From a bacterium HR24 (lineage in GTDB: Bacteria; Chloroflexota; Dehalococcoidia; SM23-28-2; HRBIN24), in assembly GCA_002898715.1 (NCBI GenBank), contig BEIA01000001.1, positions 1,994 through 65,993 on the forward strand: DNA of 64,000 nucleotides, written 5' to 3'. Position 1 is the stretch's first letter, and each line of letters starts with the position of its first letter. The notes under the pieces were generated by a model. It saw only the letters and a program-made list of their open reading frames with translations, was not told the origin of the DNA and did no database searches. Below are positions 11,848 to 21,188 of the stretch, one piece after another. Position numbers and translations under genes: made by a program.

Positions 11848-12926
11848 CGACCCAGCTGCCCACCGAGCAGCGTGACGCCCCCCAGAGCCCGGCCCCCTGG
11901 CCCATGGCCATCGCCCTCGACGAGATCGAGGCCCAGGCCCGCTACAACGCCATGGTGGCCGACCGCATCGCCGCCGTCATCCGTGACCACATGCAGCCGG
12001 GCGTCCACTACACCTACAAGCTGGGCGAGACCTACTTCCCCAGGCCCGTCCTGCTCGATGCCGGCGTCGCCTACATCATGAGCGTCCTGCGGCTCGTGCC
12101 GCGCCACCACGTGGAGCTCGCCCTGCGCGAGCCGGTGCCCGTCCAGCGCCCCGACGGCAGCACGGAGCACCGCCTGCTCATAAAATACGTCGTTCGGGCA
12201 GAACTGTGGCACATCTCCCCCGACGGCAAGGAGCGGCTGGTGGCCGAAGGGCTAGGCAGCGCCAGCTCTTTCGAGACCCGCCACCTCTACCGCTGGGTGT
12301 CGGACCGGGAGCTACCCGCCGGCGCCGACCCCTCCCGGCTCCCCAGCCGTGGCCAGGGCAGCTCGGCCCGCTACCGGGTCTACAACCCCGACCCCGACGA
12401 CCTGGACAACACCATCCTCAAGATGGCCGCCAAGCGCGCCGAGGCGGACGCCATCCGCCAGCTGCCGGGCGTCCTGGAGGCGTGCGCCCTCCTGCCCGAT
12501 GCCGAGATCCAGGCAGGGGGGCAGCCCCCACGCTCCCCGGCCCCACGCAAGCAGGAGTCACAAGGGGAGGCCCAGAGCGCCCCGTCACAGCCCCCACCCC
12601 GGGCGCAGCCGGGCAGCGCTCCTCGCCTAGCCGCCCCACAACAGGCCCCCACACAGTCGGAGAGGCGGCAGCGCCCCTCCCAGACCGAGGTGACCGAATT
12701 GGCGGCGGAGAGGGCCCTCATAGACATAGCCCACGACCTCTCGCCAGACGTCCCCGTCCACGTCACCATCGCCCGCCTGCTGGGCGTGCCCGAGCCCGAA
12801 AGGGGCAGGGCCGCTATCGTCCGTTGGCTGCAGCAGCACGGCCGCACCTGGCAGGACGCCCTCCAGCAGGTGCGGGAGAAGGTCGCCGCCCAGAGGCCGC
12901 AAGAGGGCCGGGGCGGCGCCAACTGA
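11844..12926 (+). CDS. Putative phage single-strand-annealing protein (ERF/RecT-like), uncertain
   Basis: 360 aa; segment DLDNTILKMAAKRAEADAIRQLPGV resembles the conserved KMAxKRA motif of phage SSAPs; C-terminal half is low-complexity and Pro/Gln-rich; sits among replication genes. Confidence 0.35.
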   Translation: MTTQLPTEQRDAPQSPAPWPMAIALDEIEAQARYNAMVADRIAAVIRDHMQPGVHYTYKLGETYFPRPVLLDAGVAYIMSVLRLVPRHHVELALREPVPVQRPDGSTEHRLLIKYVVRAELWHISPDGKERLVAEGLGSASSFETRHLYRWVSDRELPAGADPSRLPSRGQGSSARYRVYNPDPDDLDNTILKMAAKRAEADAIRQLPGVLEACALLPDAEIQAGGQPPRSPAPRKQESQGEAQSAPSQPPPRAQPGSAPRLAAPQQAPTQSERRQRPSQTEVTELAAERALIDIAHDLSPDVPVHVTIARLLGVPEPERGRAAIVRWLQQHGRTWQDALQQVREKVAAQRPQEGRGGAN

Positions 12927-13081
12927 GGACGGCACGAAGGGGAAAGGAGGTGAACGGGCCGCATTAAATTGAAGGCCTGCGACCACCCCGTTGGCCGCAG
13001 GCCCCCAAAACCTATCCTGAGACCCCTAGCGGCCTCAGGATAGCACAATCCTCGCCCCATGACAAGAGCGGCCCCCGCATC

Positions 13082-14416
13082 ATGCCCTACGCCGCTGCTA
13101 CCTCCGGCAGGCCCGAGATGGACATCTACCGCATCGGCCGCGCCGTCCTCGCCGAGATACCGGTGAACGGGGGCGTCCCGTTGCGCCTCCTGGCCACCAA
13201 CGTCCGCCGCGAGCGCACCGGCATCCACGCCACCCTCCACATCGTCCTGGGCGACCACGAGCTCGCCTGGACCACCTGCAACGTCGAGCGCGACGAGGAG
13301 CGGGGGCGGCTGGCCCGCAAGGCCCACCGCATCCTCAAGAGCGCGCCCGACACGGCCAAGGACTGCCCCGCCGAGCAGGACCTAATCCGCTGGCTGGACG
13401 AGTTCTGTCGCCAGGTCTGGCCCGTCTACACCGAGGCCCTCACGCCCATCCCCCTGGTGCCGGAGCCTGGCCCCCCTTACAACCCCCTCCTCGACCCTCC
13501 CCTCATCATCGAGGAGGGGGGCACCATCCTCTACGGCCCTCCCGGCCGCGGCAAGTCCTACACCGCCCTCGCCCTGGCCGTCGCCGCCGACGCGGGCGTC
13601 CCCCTGGGCCCCATCCGGCCCGTCCGCCCCCTGCGGACGCTGTACGTCAACCTGGAGCGCCCCACTATCAGCATGGCCCGCCGCCTCTATGCCGTGAACG
13701 TCGCCCTGGAGCTCCCGCCCGACCGCCCCCTCCTCATGACGCCCGCCCGGGGCCACACCCTCCACGACCTCCTGTCGGCCATCGAGCACGCCGTCTCCTC
13801 CGAGGGCGTGGAGCTGGTGGTAGTGGACTCCCTCTCTCGCGCAGGCATGGGATCCCTCGTCGAGGACGCCTCCGCCAACAGGGTCATGGACGCCCTCAAC
13901 TCCCTCCACGTCCCCTGGGTCGCCATCGCCCACACGCCCAGGGCCGACGCCACCCACGTCTTCGGCTCCATCATGCTGGATGCCGCCGCCGACATCTGCG
14001 TCCAGGTCATCACCCAGCGCCAGGACCGCTCCCTGGGCGTCGGCCTCAAGGTCACGAAGGCCAACGACATACCACCCCTACCCCGCTTCCCCATCCTCTG
14101 CTACGAGTTCGACGGCGGCGTCCTCGTCTCCATACGCAGGGCGGCGCCGCGGGAGTTCCCCGAGATCGAGGCCGAGCGGCAGCTGCCGCTGCCCGACCTC
14201 ATCGTCGAGACCATCCTCGATCAAGGGCCCATGACCGCTGCCCACCTGGCCGAGCTCCTGGGCTACTCCCGCTCACATGTCGTCAATACCCTCTCGGCCC
14301 TCCAGGCGAAGGGGGCCGTCACCGCCTACCGCTCAGGAAAGGAAGTGCTGTATGCCCTCAGGCAGGACACGCTGCCCCTGGACGGCGAGGAAGGGGAGGG
14401 GGAGGACGAGCTATGA
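13082..14416 (+). CDS. RepA-like replication ATPase (AAA_25 / RecA-fold) with C-terminal winged helix
   Basis: Walker A GTILYGPPGRGKSYTALALA, Walker B ELVVVDSL; resembles plasmid/phage RepA-type replicative helicase-loader proteins; followed immediately by iterons. Confidence 0.65.
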   Translation: MPYAAATSGRPEMDIYRIGRAVLAEIPVNGGVPLRLLATNVRRERTGIHATLHIVLGDHELAWTTCNVERDEERGRLARKAHRILKSAPDTAKDCPAEQDLIRWLDEFCRQVWPVYTEALTPIPLVPEPGPPYNPLLDPPLIIEEGGTILYGPPGRGKSYTALALAVAADAGVPLGPIRPVRPLRTLYVNLERPTISMARRLYAVNVALELPPDRPLLMTPARGHTLHDLLSAIEHAVSSEGVELVVVDSLSRAGMGSLVEDASANRVMDALNSLHVPWVAIAHTPRADATHVFGSIMLDAAADICVQVITQRQDRSLGVGLKVTKANDIPPLPRFPILCYEFDGGVLVSIRRAAPREFPEIEAERQLPLPDLIVETILDQGPMTAAHLAELLGYSRSHVVNTLSALQAKGAVTAYRSGKEVLYALRQDTLPLDGEEGEGEDEL

Positions 14417-14476
14417 TAGACATGCTCTATCACAAAAAGATTGACCTACGGGCAATCTGTCTGATGAAGGCCCCTC

Positions 14477-14637
14477 GCCAACACTTGCGCCAACACTTGC
14501 ACGCAGCCAAGTCGTATTTGGCCGCAGCGCCTCGGGAAGTGTTGGCAGATACAACACTTCCGGAAGTGTTGGTAGATACAACACTTGGGGGCCAACGGCC
14601 GGTCTCCAAATACGGCCGGGGCGCAAGTGTTGGTGGG
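14477..14637. repeat. Iteron-like cluster of 8-mer CAACACTT/AAGTGTTG (putative origin of replication)
   Basis: GCCAACACTTGCGCCAACACTTGC, then two tandem 27-bp units GAAGTGTTGG(C/T)AGATACAACACTT each with an internal inverted repeat, then GCAAGTGTTGG; 8 copies within 160 bp, plus one more at 14945. Confidence 0.6.
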
Positions 14638-14987
14638 GGGCGTCGACCAACAGGTGCATCAACAGTTGCGGTGCCCAAACGGGCGGGCGCAGATATGCCG
14701 AGCGGCAGCGAAACGGCCGCCGGCGCGCTTAATACACTACCGGGTAGCGTAAGCGTACCTCATGCCAAATGGTGTATAAGGGGACGGGACCGGTTAGCCA
14801 TTGCTACCATTGGCCTATTGGGTACGCCTGCCAGGAGAACGGTATGGCTGCTGCCCAGAAGGGAGATGAGAGGGAAGGCGGCGGTCTTTGGCTTACGAGC
14901 TACCATAGGCAACACAACGGCAGGAATAGACTTAGGGGGCCGCCGCCAACACTTGGCCACGGCCCCACAGCGCAAGGAGGTGTCACC

Positions 14988-15701
14988 ATGGCCACTGCTA
15001 TGACGGCTCGATCGCAGACAGGCGTCACGCTGCTCCGGCCCCGGCCGCCGCAGCGCGGGCTGGCGCCTCGCCCTCGCCAGACGCCTCGACCCCCACAAGC
15101 GCGCCGGCCATGCCGCTTCCTCGTGCCGCCCGAGGAGATAGAGCCCTGTCGCGAGCGCCTCATCCCCCTCTTGCGCCGCCTGGGCAGCGTGGCGCCAGGC
15201 AGCATCATCCACCGCTACGGCGCTGCCAACGTGGCAGCGGCCCTCTACTACGTCATCTACCAGCGACAGCGCGGCTACCGGCCCCGGAACGCGGGCGGCC
15301 TCCTTACCTGGCTCCTCAAGGCCTACGATGAGCGCAAGCTGCAGGGATGGCAGCTACGGCGCATCCTCAGGTTCGCTTGGGGCTTCCGCGAGGTGCCATG
15401 GTGGGCCAGGTGCCGCCTCCTCCTCTGGGCCAAGGAGCTACATGCTACCTGGCTGGGCAGGACCGCCTGGCGGCGCCTGCACCGCCTCTACAGCGAAGGC
15501 CTGCTGATGGACATGCTGCACCGCTGCCCGCACCCGGACATCTGGCGCACCATCCGCTACCTCCTGGCCACGTACTACAAGCCGCTGCCGCCGCCGACGC
15601 GGCTCCATACGCTCCTGTCATTGGCCAAGACCTTCCCTGGCAAGGAGGCGGCAGCGCGGCTCGCCGCTTCCCGGGAGCAACGGGTATTCCTCATGCCATG
15701 A
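14988..15701 (+). CDS. Hypothetical protein (Arg/Trp-rich)
   Basis: Start at MATAMTARS preceded by AGGAGG at 14975-14980; no recognisable domain. Confidence 0.4.
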   Translation: MATAMTARSQTGVTLLRPRPPQRGLAPRPRQTPRPPQARRPCRFLVPPEEIEPCRERLIPLLRRLGSVAPGSIIHRYGAANVAAALYYVIYQRQRGYRPRNAGGLLTWLLKAYDERKLQGWQLRRILRFAWGFREVPWWARCRLLLWAKELHATWLGRTAWRRLHRLYSEGLLMDMLHRCPHPDIWRTIRYLLATYYKPLPPPTRLHTLLSLAKTFPGKEAAARLAASREQRVFLMP

Positions 15702-15729
15702 CGTGTGCCACGACGTAGGGAGGCAGAGC

Positions 15730-15981
15730 ATGGACAAGACCCGTCAGGCCGGTGATGGGACGGCCCAGGAGAGGCCGCCAAGACTCCCTGTGCAGGAGCG
15801 CTTTCTCAGCCGCTGCCTGGGGAAGCCCATCGCCATCGAGCTGTCGGCGCCGCATATGGTCCTCGAGGGGGTGCTCCTCGGCTACGACGACTATACGCTG
15901 CTCGTCCGCCTCTCCGCCGAGGAGGGCGAGCAGCCGAAGGAGGTGCTGGTCTTCAAGCATGCCGTCGCCTTCGTCCACTGA
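15730..15981 (+). CDS. Hfq-like Sm-fold RNA chaperone
   Basis: QERFLSRCLGKPIAIELSAPHMVLEGVLLGYDDYTLLVRL...VLVFKHAVAFV matches the Hfq Sm1/Sm2 pattern (FLN..RK...V.I.L.NG..L.G.I..FD.F.vlL....Q.v.YKHAIST); GGGAGG RBS upstream. Confidence 0.6.
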   Translation: MDKTRQAGDGTAQERPPRLPVQERFLSRCLGKPIAIELSAPHMVLEGVLLGYDDYTLLVRLSAEEGEQPKEVLVFKHAVAFVH

Positions 15982-16213
15982 CCCCAGGCCGCGGGGCCAC
16001 CTCCTGCGTGCCGCCCTGCAGGCCCGCAAGGGCAGGCCGGTGGCGGTCGTCCTCCGGGACGGGCGCGCCCTGGTGGGCATCCTCTCCCGTTTCGAGGGGC
16101 ACCTGGCCTTCTGGCGGCTGGACAGCCTCGTGCTGACGGTGCCGGCCGAGCAAGGGGGCGCCATGACCGTGGCGGTGCCCCTTCGGAAGGTGGCCGCCGT
16201 CGTCGATGGCTGA
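15980..16213 (+). CDS. Second Sm-like segment directly after the hfq-like gene (start codon unclear)
   Basis: LRAALQARKGRPVAVVLRDGRALVGILSRFEGHLAFWRLDSLVL resembles an Sm1 motif; it is in the +1 frame relative to hfq-like and has no obvious ATG/GTG/TTG near its 5' end. Confidence 0.25.
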   Translation, partial: DPRPRGHLLRAALQARKGRPVAVVLRDGRALVGILSRFEGHLAFWRLDSLVLTVPAEQGGAMTVAVPLRKVAAVVDG

Positions 16214-16225
16214 AGGAGGTAGTCG

Positions 16226-16606
16226 ATGGCGCAGGGCCGCTCGCCGGTAGGACATGGGCCGGGGCAGGACGCGTCGCGCCCTCCCCCTGGGTCATTCCTC
16301 CTCCCTGCCCTCGTCCCGTCACCCCTCGTCAGGATGGCCATGAGCATGGGTGCAAGGCCCGCCATCCGCCTTACCCTGCGTGAGACGACCAACGAGGCGA
16401 GCGACCTGGGCCTCCTCCGGTCGGTGGTGGACCTGGTGCATGCTTATCCGGGCAATGACATCCTCCTTCTGACGGTAGTCACCCTGGACGGCGAGCGCCG
16501 TCGCTTCATCTGGCGGGTCCGCGCCTGCCGTGAGCTGCGCTTCCTACTGGCCTCCCTCCTCGCCGCCTGGGCCAGGCCCAGGCCCCACGGCGGCGCGGCG
16601 GGCTAG
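16226..16606 (+). CDS. Hypothetical protein
   Basis: 126-aa ORF, no recognisable motifs; its end overlaps the stop of the convergent RM gene. Confidence 0.25.
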   Translation: MAQGRSPVGHGPGQDASRPPPGSFLLPALVPSPLVRMAMSMGARPAIRLTLRETTNEASDLGLLRSVVDLVHAYPGNDILLLTVVTLDGERRRFIWRVRACRELRFLLASLLAAWARPRPHGGAAG

Positions 16607-19320
16607 GCATCATCCCTGCCGGCATGGGCCTGGCCCTCGGGACCGCCCGCGCCAAGCGCGGCAATGCCCTCGAAGATGCTGGCCTCAGCATCGGCCAGAG
16701 CACGCTCCAGCTTCTGCTTCGCCTCGTCCAGCTCCTGGCGAGCGACACGTACTTGCTGAGCTATGGCACGTTGCTGCTCTAGCGGTGGGACAGGCACCAT
16801 CAGCGATTCGAAATCCACCGGCTGCGTTCTTCGCCGGTTGGAATGCCCGGTGGTGATAGCTCGCAAGGCAGCGCGGAACGTGTTGCTCCGAAGGAGGATG
16901 GTCAGGTAGTCCGGGTCGATCCTGCTGCGCCATTCCTCACGGACCTGGTAGACCGGAAACTCCTGGGTTACGATAGCGCCATCATACTCCTCAGGGACCA
17001 CTGTGATGCAGCCACGCCAGAGGTCGATACGAGAAAAGAGCACATCGCCTGCATGGACACGGTACCAGACGGTGCCTGGACGGAAGTAGCTGCCCTGCCA
17101 GGCAGGGGGGTTGATGCCCTTGCCGGCCTCCCTCCGGCGCAGAGTGCCATCCTGGCCCAGCTCGATAGTTACAAATTCCTGCTCAGGCTCTTGCCAGGGT
17201 CGCACTACTTCGCGCCTTCGGACCAGGATTTCGCCCAGGCGGGCCATGGTAGTCCTGCCGGCATGAGTCAGGCTACGCAGCCTGAATAGGTGATACTTAG
17301 CGTCCAGCCTCCGGGAGGGGTGTGCCTGGAAGATATCAACAATGGAGGCACAAGCGGTGCGTGGCGTGTCGCTCCCCGCGAAGGAGCTGGGATTGCGGAG
17401 GAACACCCGCCATTGACCCAACACCGTGCCCGGGTCATCTTCGCAAATGTGGCCGTCGTCGGTGAGCGAGTACAGGTCATTGCGGGGAGATCGCTGCCCG
17501 GCCGGCAAGTACCCGATATGCTCGGCCTCTGCGAAGAAGACGGGATAATTTAGCGCTGCCAGTCCGGCATGAATAGCGGCATCTTCGGGCAGGATATGGC
17601 TACTGGAGGTGTCCAGCAGGCATCTGTTGTAGGCCTCCTGGAACCGAGCATGCTCCTCGTCGGTGAACTTTTGTAGGAAGATAAGGCTAGTCTTGTTCTG
17701 AGCGCCAGCTTTCCTGAAGGCATAGTCCGGTAGCGAGACGACTGCCAAGACCTTCGTCCGTTTCAGGATGAGGCGGCGGGCAGCCGGGCAGCCGCTCGCT
17801 TCGCTCGCGTTGTTGAGAAGGCCGTCGGGGACTACCATGCCAAGCCGTCCCCCAGGGGCAAGGAAGTCGATAGCCCGTTCCAGAATGACGATCTCGCTGC
17901 TGATCCTGCTCCTGCCTCTGGCTACGGCAAAGTCGCTCAGCGACGCATCACCCAGACGGTCACGGTCTCCCTCCCGGACCTCGTCGCCGAACGGCGGATT
18001 GCCCATTACGACTGTGAAGCGTCCTAGGTCGAGCCCGGCGACGGAAAAATGCCTATCGAGACAGCTGTGCCCCACCTCGACATTAAGGTGGCCATCCTTA
18101 TGCAATAAGAGGTTGGTCTTACAGATGCGCCCAACTACCTCATGTATCTCTATGGCATAGACATGTTTCTGGGCGAATTCGATCTTGAGGCGCTCGATGT
18201 CAGGTCTCCCGACGAAGCTGGTATCGATCCGCCGCCATACCTGCAAGAGGGCCTCCAGCAAGAAGCCGCCGCTGCCGGCCGTTGGGTCCAGGACAAAATC
18301 CTTGTGTGTCGGTGCCAGCAAGGCACATACGAAGCGACAGATCTCGCGACGGGTGAAATACTGCCCAAGCTGCCCGCGAAAGATTTCCCCGAAGAAGCTC
18401 TCGAAGGCCGTGCCCAGCGCATCGACTTCGCACATAGTGAAGCCGATGTCCTGCACCAGCTGGACTACCTGCCATATCGTTTCGTCTGGCAGGTGGATCT
18501 CCGGATCGGCGAATATGGTGGGGTCCTGTCGTATGGCCTCTCTGTAGCACTGGCGAATGCGCCTGGCTACATCCGTGGGAGGCTCACCAACGCCTGCCTG
18601 GAACTGACGGGGATCACCATTGGGAGTGAAGCGCTCGTCCCACACCTTGGCAAACATGAGCTTGCTCCACTCGTCGAAGGCTGTAAGCGGGTCCCTTCTC
18701 CCGCCAGCCCAGATGCGTCCGTGGGCCTGCCTGATGCGGGCTGAAAGGGTGCGAGCGTCTACGGGGCGAACATCTTGCGTCGAGCCGGCAACGAGGCGCA
18801 AGCGTACGGCTGTGCCAAATGCCTTAGGCAGAGAACGGCGATCCCCTAGTACATATTCCTCGATGTCATCCGGGCTGGGACAGTTATCGACGTCAATAAG
18901 GACCGATGTGTGGCCGTCGTCCACCAAAAGGTACCGGGCCCGGAGGCTAGCGGCATAACCGAAACCCTGTCGCAATCCCTCCTCCCACTCGCTGGAGCTG
19001 CAATTCTCGCGTTTGGCCTCTACCACTAGGTAAGGCCTTCTGGCGTTATACAAGACAATGTCCGCACGCTCATCGCCCTTCTTGGGAACACGCACCTCGA
19101 CTGCGATGTCCCAAGGGTTGTACCCCCGATCGAGCACCAGCCAGGCATAGAGGCGTGCTCGAACACGCTCCTCGGGATGACCATAGTCACAGGTACGGGC
19201 CTGGCGACAATGGTAGGTTATGAGGGCACCTTGCTCGTCCAGGGAAAGGTAGCGCAGCGTCTCAGCCCGAGAGACGACAGAGTCGTCCAAAAGGGGGCCC
19301 GTGAACCTGAGCCGGGCCAT
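16603..19320 (-). CDS. Type IIG/IIL restriction-modification enzyme (fused PD-(D/E)xK nuclease + gamma-class N6-adenine methyltransferase + target-recognition domain), MmeI-like
   Basis: N-term nuclease motif DIVLYNARRPYLVVEAKREN; MTase motif I VLDPTAGSGGFLLEA and motif IV NPPFG; C-terminal HsdS-like TRD; start taken at MARLRFTG (19320) with AGGAG RBS, though the ORF extends to 19569. Confidence 0.8.
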   Translation of the reverse strand: MARLRFTGPLLDDSVVSRAETLRYLSLDEQGALITYHCRQARTCDYGHPEERVRARLYAWLVLDRGYNPWDIAVEVRVPKKGDERADIVLYNARRPYLVVEAKRENCSSSEWEEGLRQGFGYAASLRARYLLVDDGHTSVLIDVDNCPSPDDIEEYVLGDRRSLPKAFGTAVRLRLVAGSTQDVRPVDARTLSARIRQAHGRIWAGGRRDPLTAFDEWSKLMFAKVWDERFTPNGDPRQFQAGVGEPPTDVARRIRQCYREAIRQDPTIFADPEIHLPDETIWQVVQLVQDIGFTMCEVDALGTAFESFFGEIFRGQLGQYFTRREICRFVCALLAPTHKDFVLDPTAGSGGFLLEALLQVWRRIDTSFVGRPDIERLKIEFAQKHVYAIEIHEVVGRICKTNLLLHKDGHLNVEVGHSCLDRHFSVAGLDLGRFTVVMGNPPFGDEVREGDRDRLGDASLSDFAVARGRSRISSEIVILERAIDFLAPGGRLGMVVPDGLLNNASEASGCPAARRLILKRTKVLAVVSLPDYAFRKAGAQNKTSLIFLQKFTDEEHARFQEAYNRCLLDTSSSHILPEDAAIHAGLAALNYPVFFAEAEHIGYLPAGQRSPRNDLYSLTDDGHICEDDPGTVLGQWRVFLRNPSSFAGSDTPRTACASIVDIFQAHPSRRLDAKYHLFRLRSLTHAGRTTMARLGEILVRRREVVRPWQEPEQEFVTIELGQDGTLRRREAGKGINPPAWQGSYFRPGTVWYRVHAGDVLFSRIDLWRGCITVVPEEYDGAIVTQEFPVYQVREEWRSRIDPDYLTILLRSNTFRAALRAITTGHSNRRRTQPVDFESLMVPVPPLEQQRAIAQQVRVARQELDEAKQKLERALADAEASIFEGIAALGAGGPEGQAHAGRDDA

Positions 19321-19519
19321 ACGAACTCCTGCCCTGGCCAGCAATCGATATCCTGGCAATGATAGTACCTGGACTCTCTCACCCTGACAACAGGGATAAC
19401 CTACAACTAACACCGGCCATCTGGGCCGTGGACGGCCTCCCCGTCGCGCACCGTCCCTGAATCCCCTGCCCACCCCTTTCCTGGCAGCGTTCCCTCTCGC
19501 CGTGCTATATTGACGCTTG

Positions 19520-21187
19520 ATGAGTGTGGCATCGCATCGCTCAAAAGCCTCGCCATCCCTGCCCTCCACCCCTGCCCGGCTGGGCCTGTCCGGGTTCTCG
19601 TCCTGGCGGCCCGGGCAGCGGCAGGTCGTGCAGTCCTTCCTCCAGAGCTCCCGGCCCTACGTGATGCTGGAGGCGCCCACGGGGTCGGGCAAGAGCCTCA
19701 TAGCCGTGGCCGCCGCCAGGGCCATGGGGGCGCGCCTCCTGTACGTCGTCTACACCCGCCAGCTGCAGGAGCAGCTGGCGCGGGACTTCCCGGTGGCCGT
19801 CATCATGGGCCGCAACAACTATCCCACCGCCAACCATCCCTCCCTCACAGCCGAGGCGTGCGAGCTGCGGCCCGGCAGGCGTCACTGCCCCCACTGCTGC
19901 AGCCCGCGCCTGCGCTGCAGCGGCCCGACGCCGGGCTGTGATGCCCCCTCCCGCTGCCCCTACCTCCGCGCCCGCGCCCTTGCCGAGGACGCGGATATGG
20001 TCGTCGCCAACGTGGCCTACCTGCTGCACGACCTGGAGGCGGGAGGAGGCCTCGCCACCGGCCGGCAGCTCCTGGTCATCGACGAGGCGGACGAGCTGCC
20101 GTCGGCCCTCGTGCAGCACCTGACGGTCCACATTACGGCCGATGACCTGGACCTGCTGGGGATGGGCCCGCCTCATGACCCCTCCCTGCCCGACGCCTGG
20201 CAGGGGTGGGCAAGCGAGGCCCTCCGTGCCCTCGACGCCGCCTGCGACCGCCTGTCGGAGCTGCTGGAGGCCGACGACGACCCCTTCGAGAGGGCGGGCC
20301 TTGCCCGGGACCTGCATCGCCTGGAGGCGCTGCAGCCCCGCCTCGAGCGGCTCGCGGCAGGAGGCCGTTCCCCCTGGGTGGCGGCCGTGGAGGACCCCCG
20401 CCGGGGCCCCTTCACCCTGCGGCCCCTCTATCCGGCGGCGTACGCGAGGGGGCTCCTGTGGGGCAGGACCGAGGGGCGGGTCCTGCTCATGAGCGCCACC
20501 GTCCTGGACCCCGCCGCCCTTGCCCGTGACCTGGGCCTCCCCGAGGGCTCGTGGGAGCGTCTCTCCCTCCCATCACCTATCCCGCCCGAGCGCCGGCCCG
20601 TGGTCTACATGCCCGTGGCGCCCCTTTCCCACACCAACGCCGCCGACACCTGGCCCCTGGCGGTGCGTGCCCTGGACCGCATCCTGGACCGCCACCGGGG
20701 GGAGCGGGGCATCGTCCATACCCAGAGCTACCGCCTCGCCGCCTACGTCATGTCCCACAGCCGCCACAGGCGCCGCCTGCTGGGCCACGAGGACGCGGCC
20801 GGTCGCAGCCGCGCCCTCCGCCGCCATGCCGAGAGCGAGGACGCAGTCCTCATCTCCCCCTCCATGGAGCGGGGGGTGGACTTCGCCGGCGACCGTGCCC
20901 GCTTCGCTGTGGTCCTCAAGGCCCCCTACCCCAACTTGTCGGACCCGTGGGTGGAGGCCCGCCTCCGGGCGCCCGGCGGCCAGGAGTGGTATGCCCGCGA
21001 GACGGTGCGCGCCCTGGTGCAGGCCTGCGGCCGTGTCTGCCGTGGTCCCGACGATTACGGCGTCACCTACATCCTCGATGCCGGGGTGGGCCGCCTGCTG
21101 GCGCGCCACCGGCGCCTCTTCCCCCAGTGGTTCCTCGCTGCCCTCAGGGAGGCGCCTGACGGTGCGGCACTGCCGGAGGTGATCTAG
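19520..21187 (+). CDS. DinG/Rad3-family ATP-dependent DNA helicase
   Basis: Walker A LEAPTGSGKSL, DEAD/H-like box LLVIDEADEL, Cys-rich insertion (CPHCCSPRLRC...CPY), C-terminal helicase_C_2-like region (QACGRVCRG). Confidence 0.75.
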   Translation: MSVASHRSKASPSLPSTPARLGLSGFSSWRPGQRQVVQSFLQSSRPYVMLEAPTGSGKSLIAVAAARAMGARLLYVVYTRQLQEQLARDFPVAVIMGRNNYPTANHPSLTAEACELRPGRRHCPHCCSPRLRCSGPTPGCDAPSRCPYLRARALAEDADMVVANVAYLLHDLEAGGGLATGRQLLVIDEADELPSALVQHLTVHITADDLDLLGMGPPHDPSLPDAWQGWASEALRALDAACDRLSELLEADDDPFERAGLARDLHRLEALQPRLERLAAGGRSPWVAAVEDPRRGPFTLRPLYPAAYARGLLWGRTEGRVLLMSATVLDPAALARDLGLPEGSWERLSLPSPIPPERRPVVYMPVAPLSHTNAADTWPLAVRALDRILDRHRGERGIVHTQSYRLAAYVMSHSRHRRRLLGHEDAAGRSRALRRHAESEDAVLISPSMERGVDFAGDRARFAVVLKAPYPNLSDPWVEARLRAPGGQEWYARETVRALVQACGRVCRGPDDYGVTYILDAGVGRLLARHRRLFPQWFLAALREAPDGAALPEVI

Positions 21188-21188
21188 C

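Noticed and set aside
14413-15003. 196-aa ORF spanning the iteron cluster
   Set aside because: The sequence under it is dominated by tandem and inverted 8-mer repeats and has no RBS. Repeats generate an artefactual frame.
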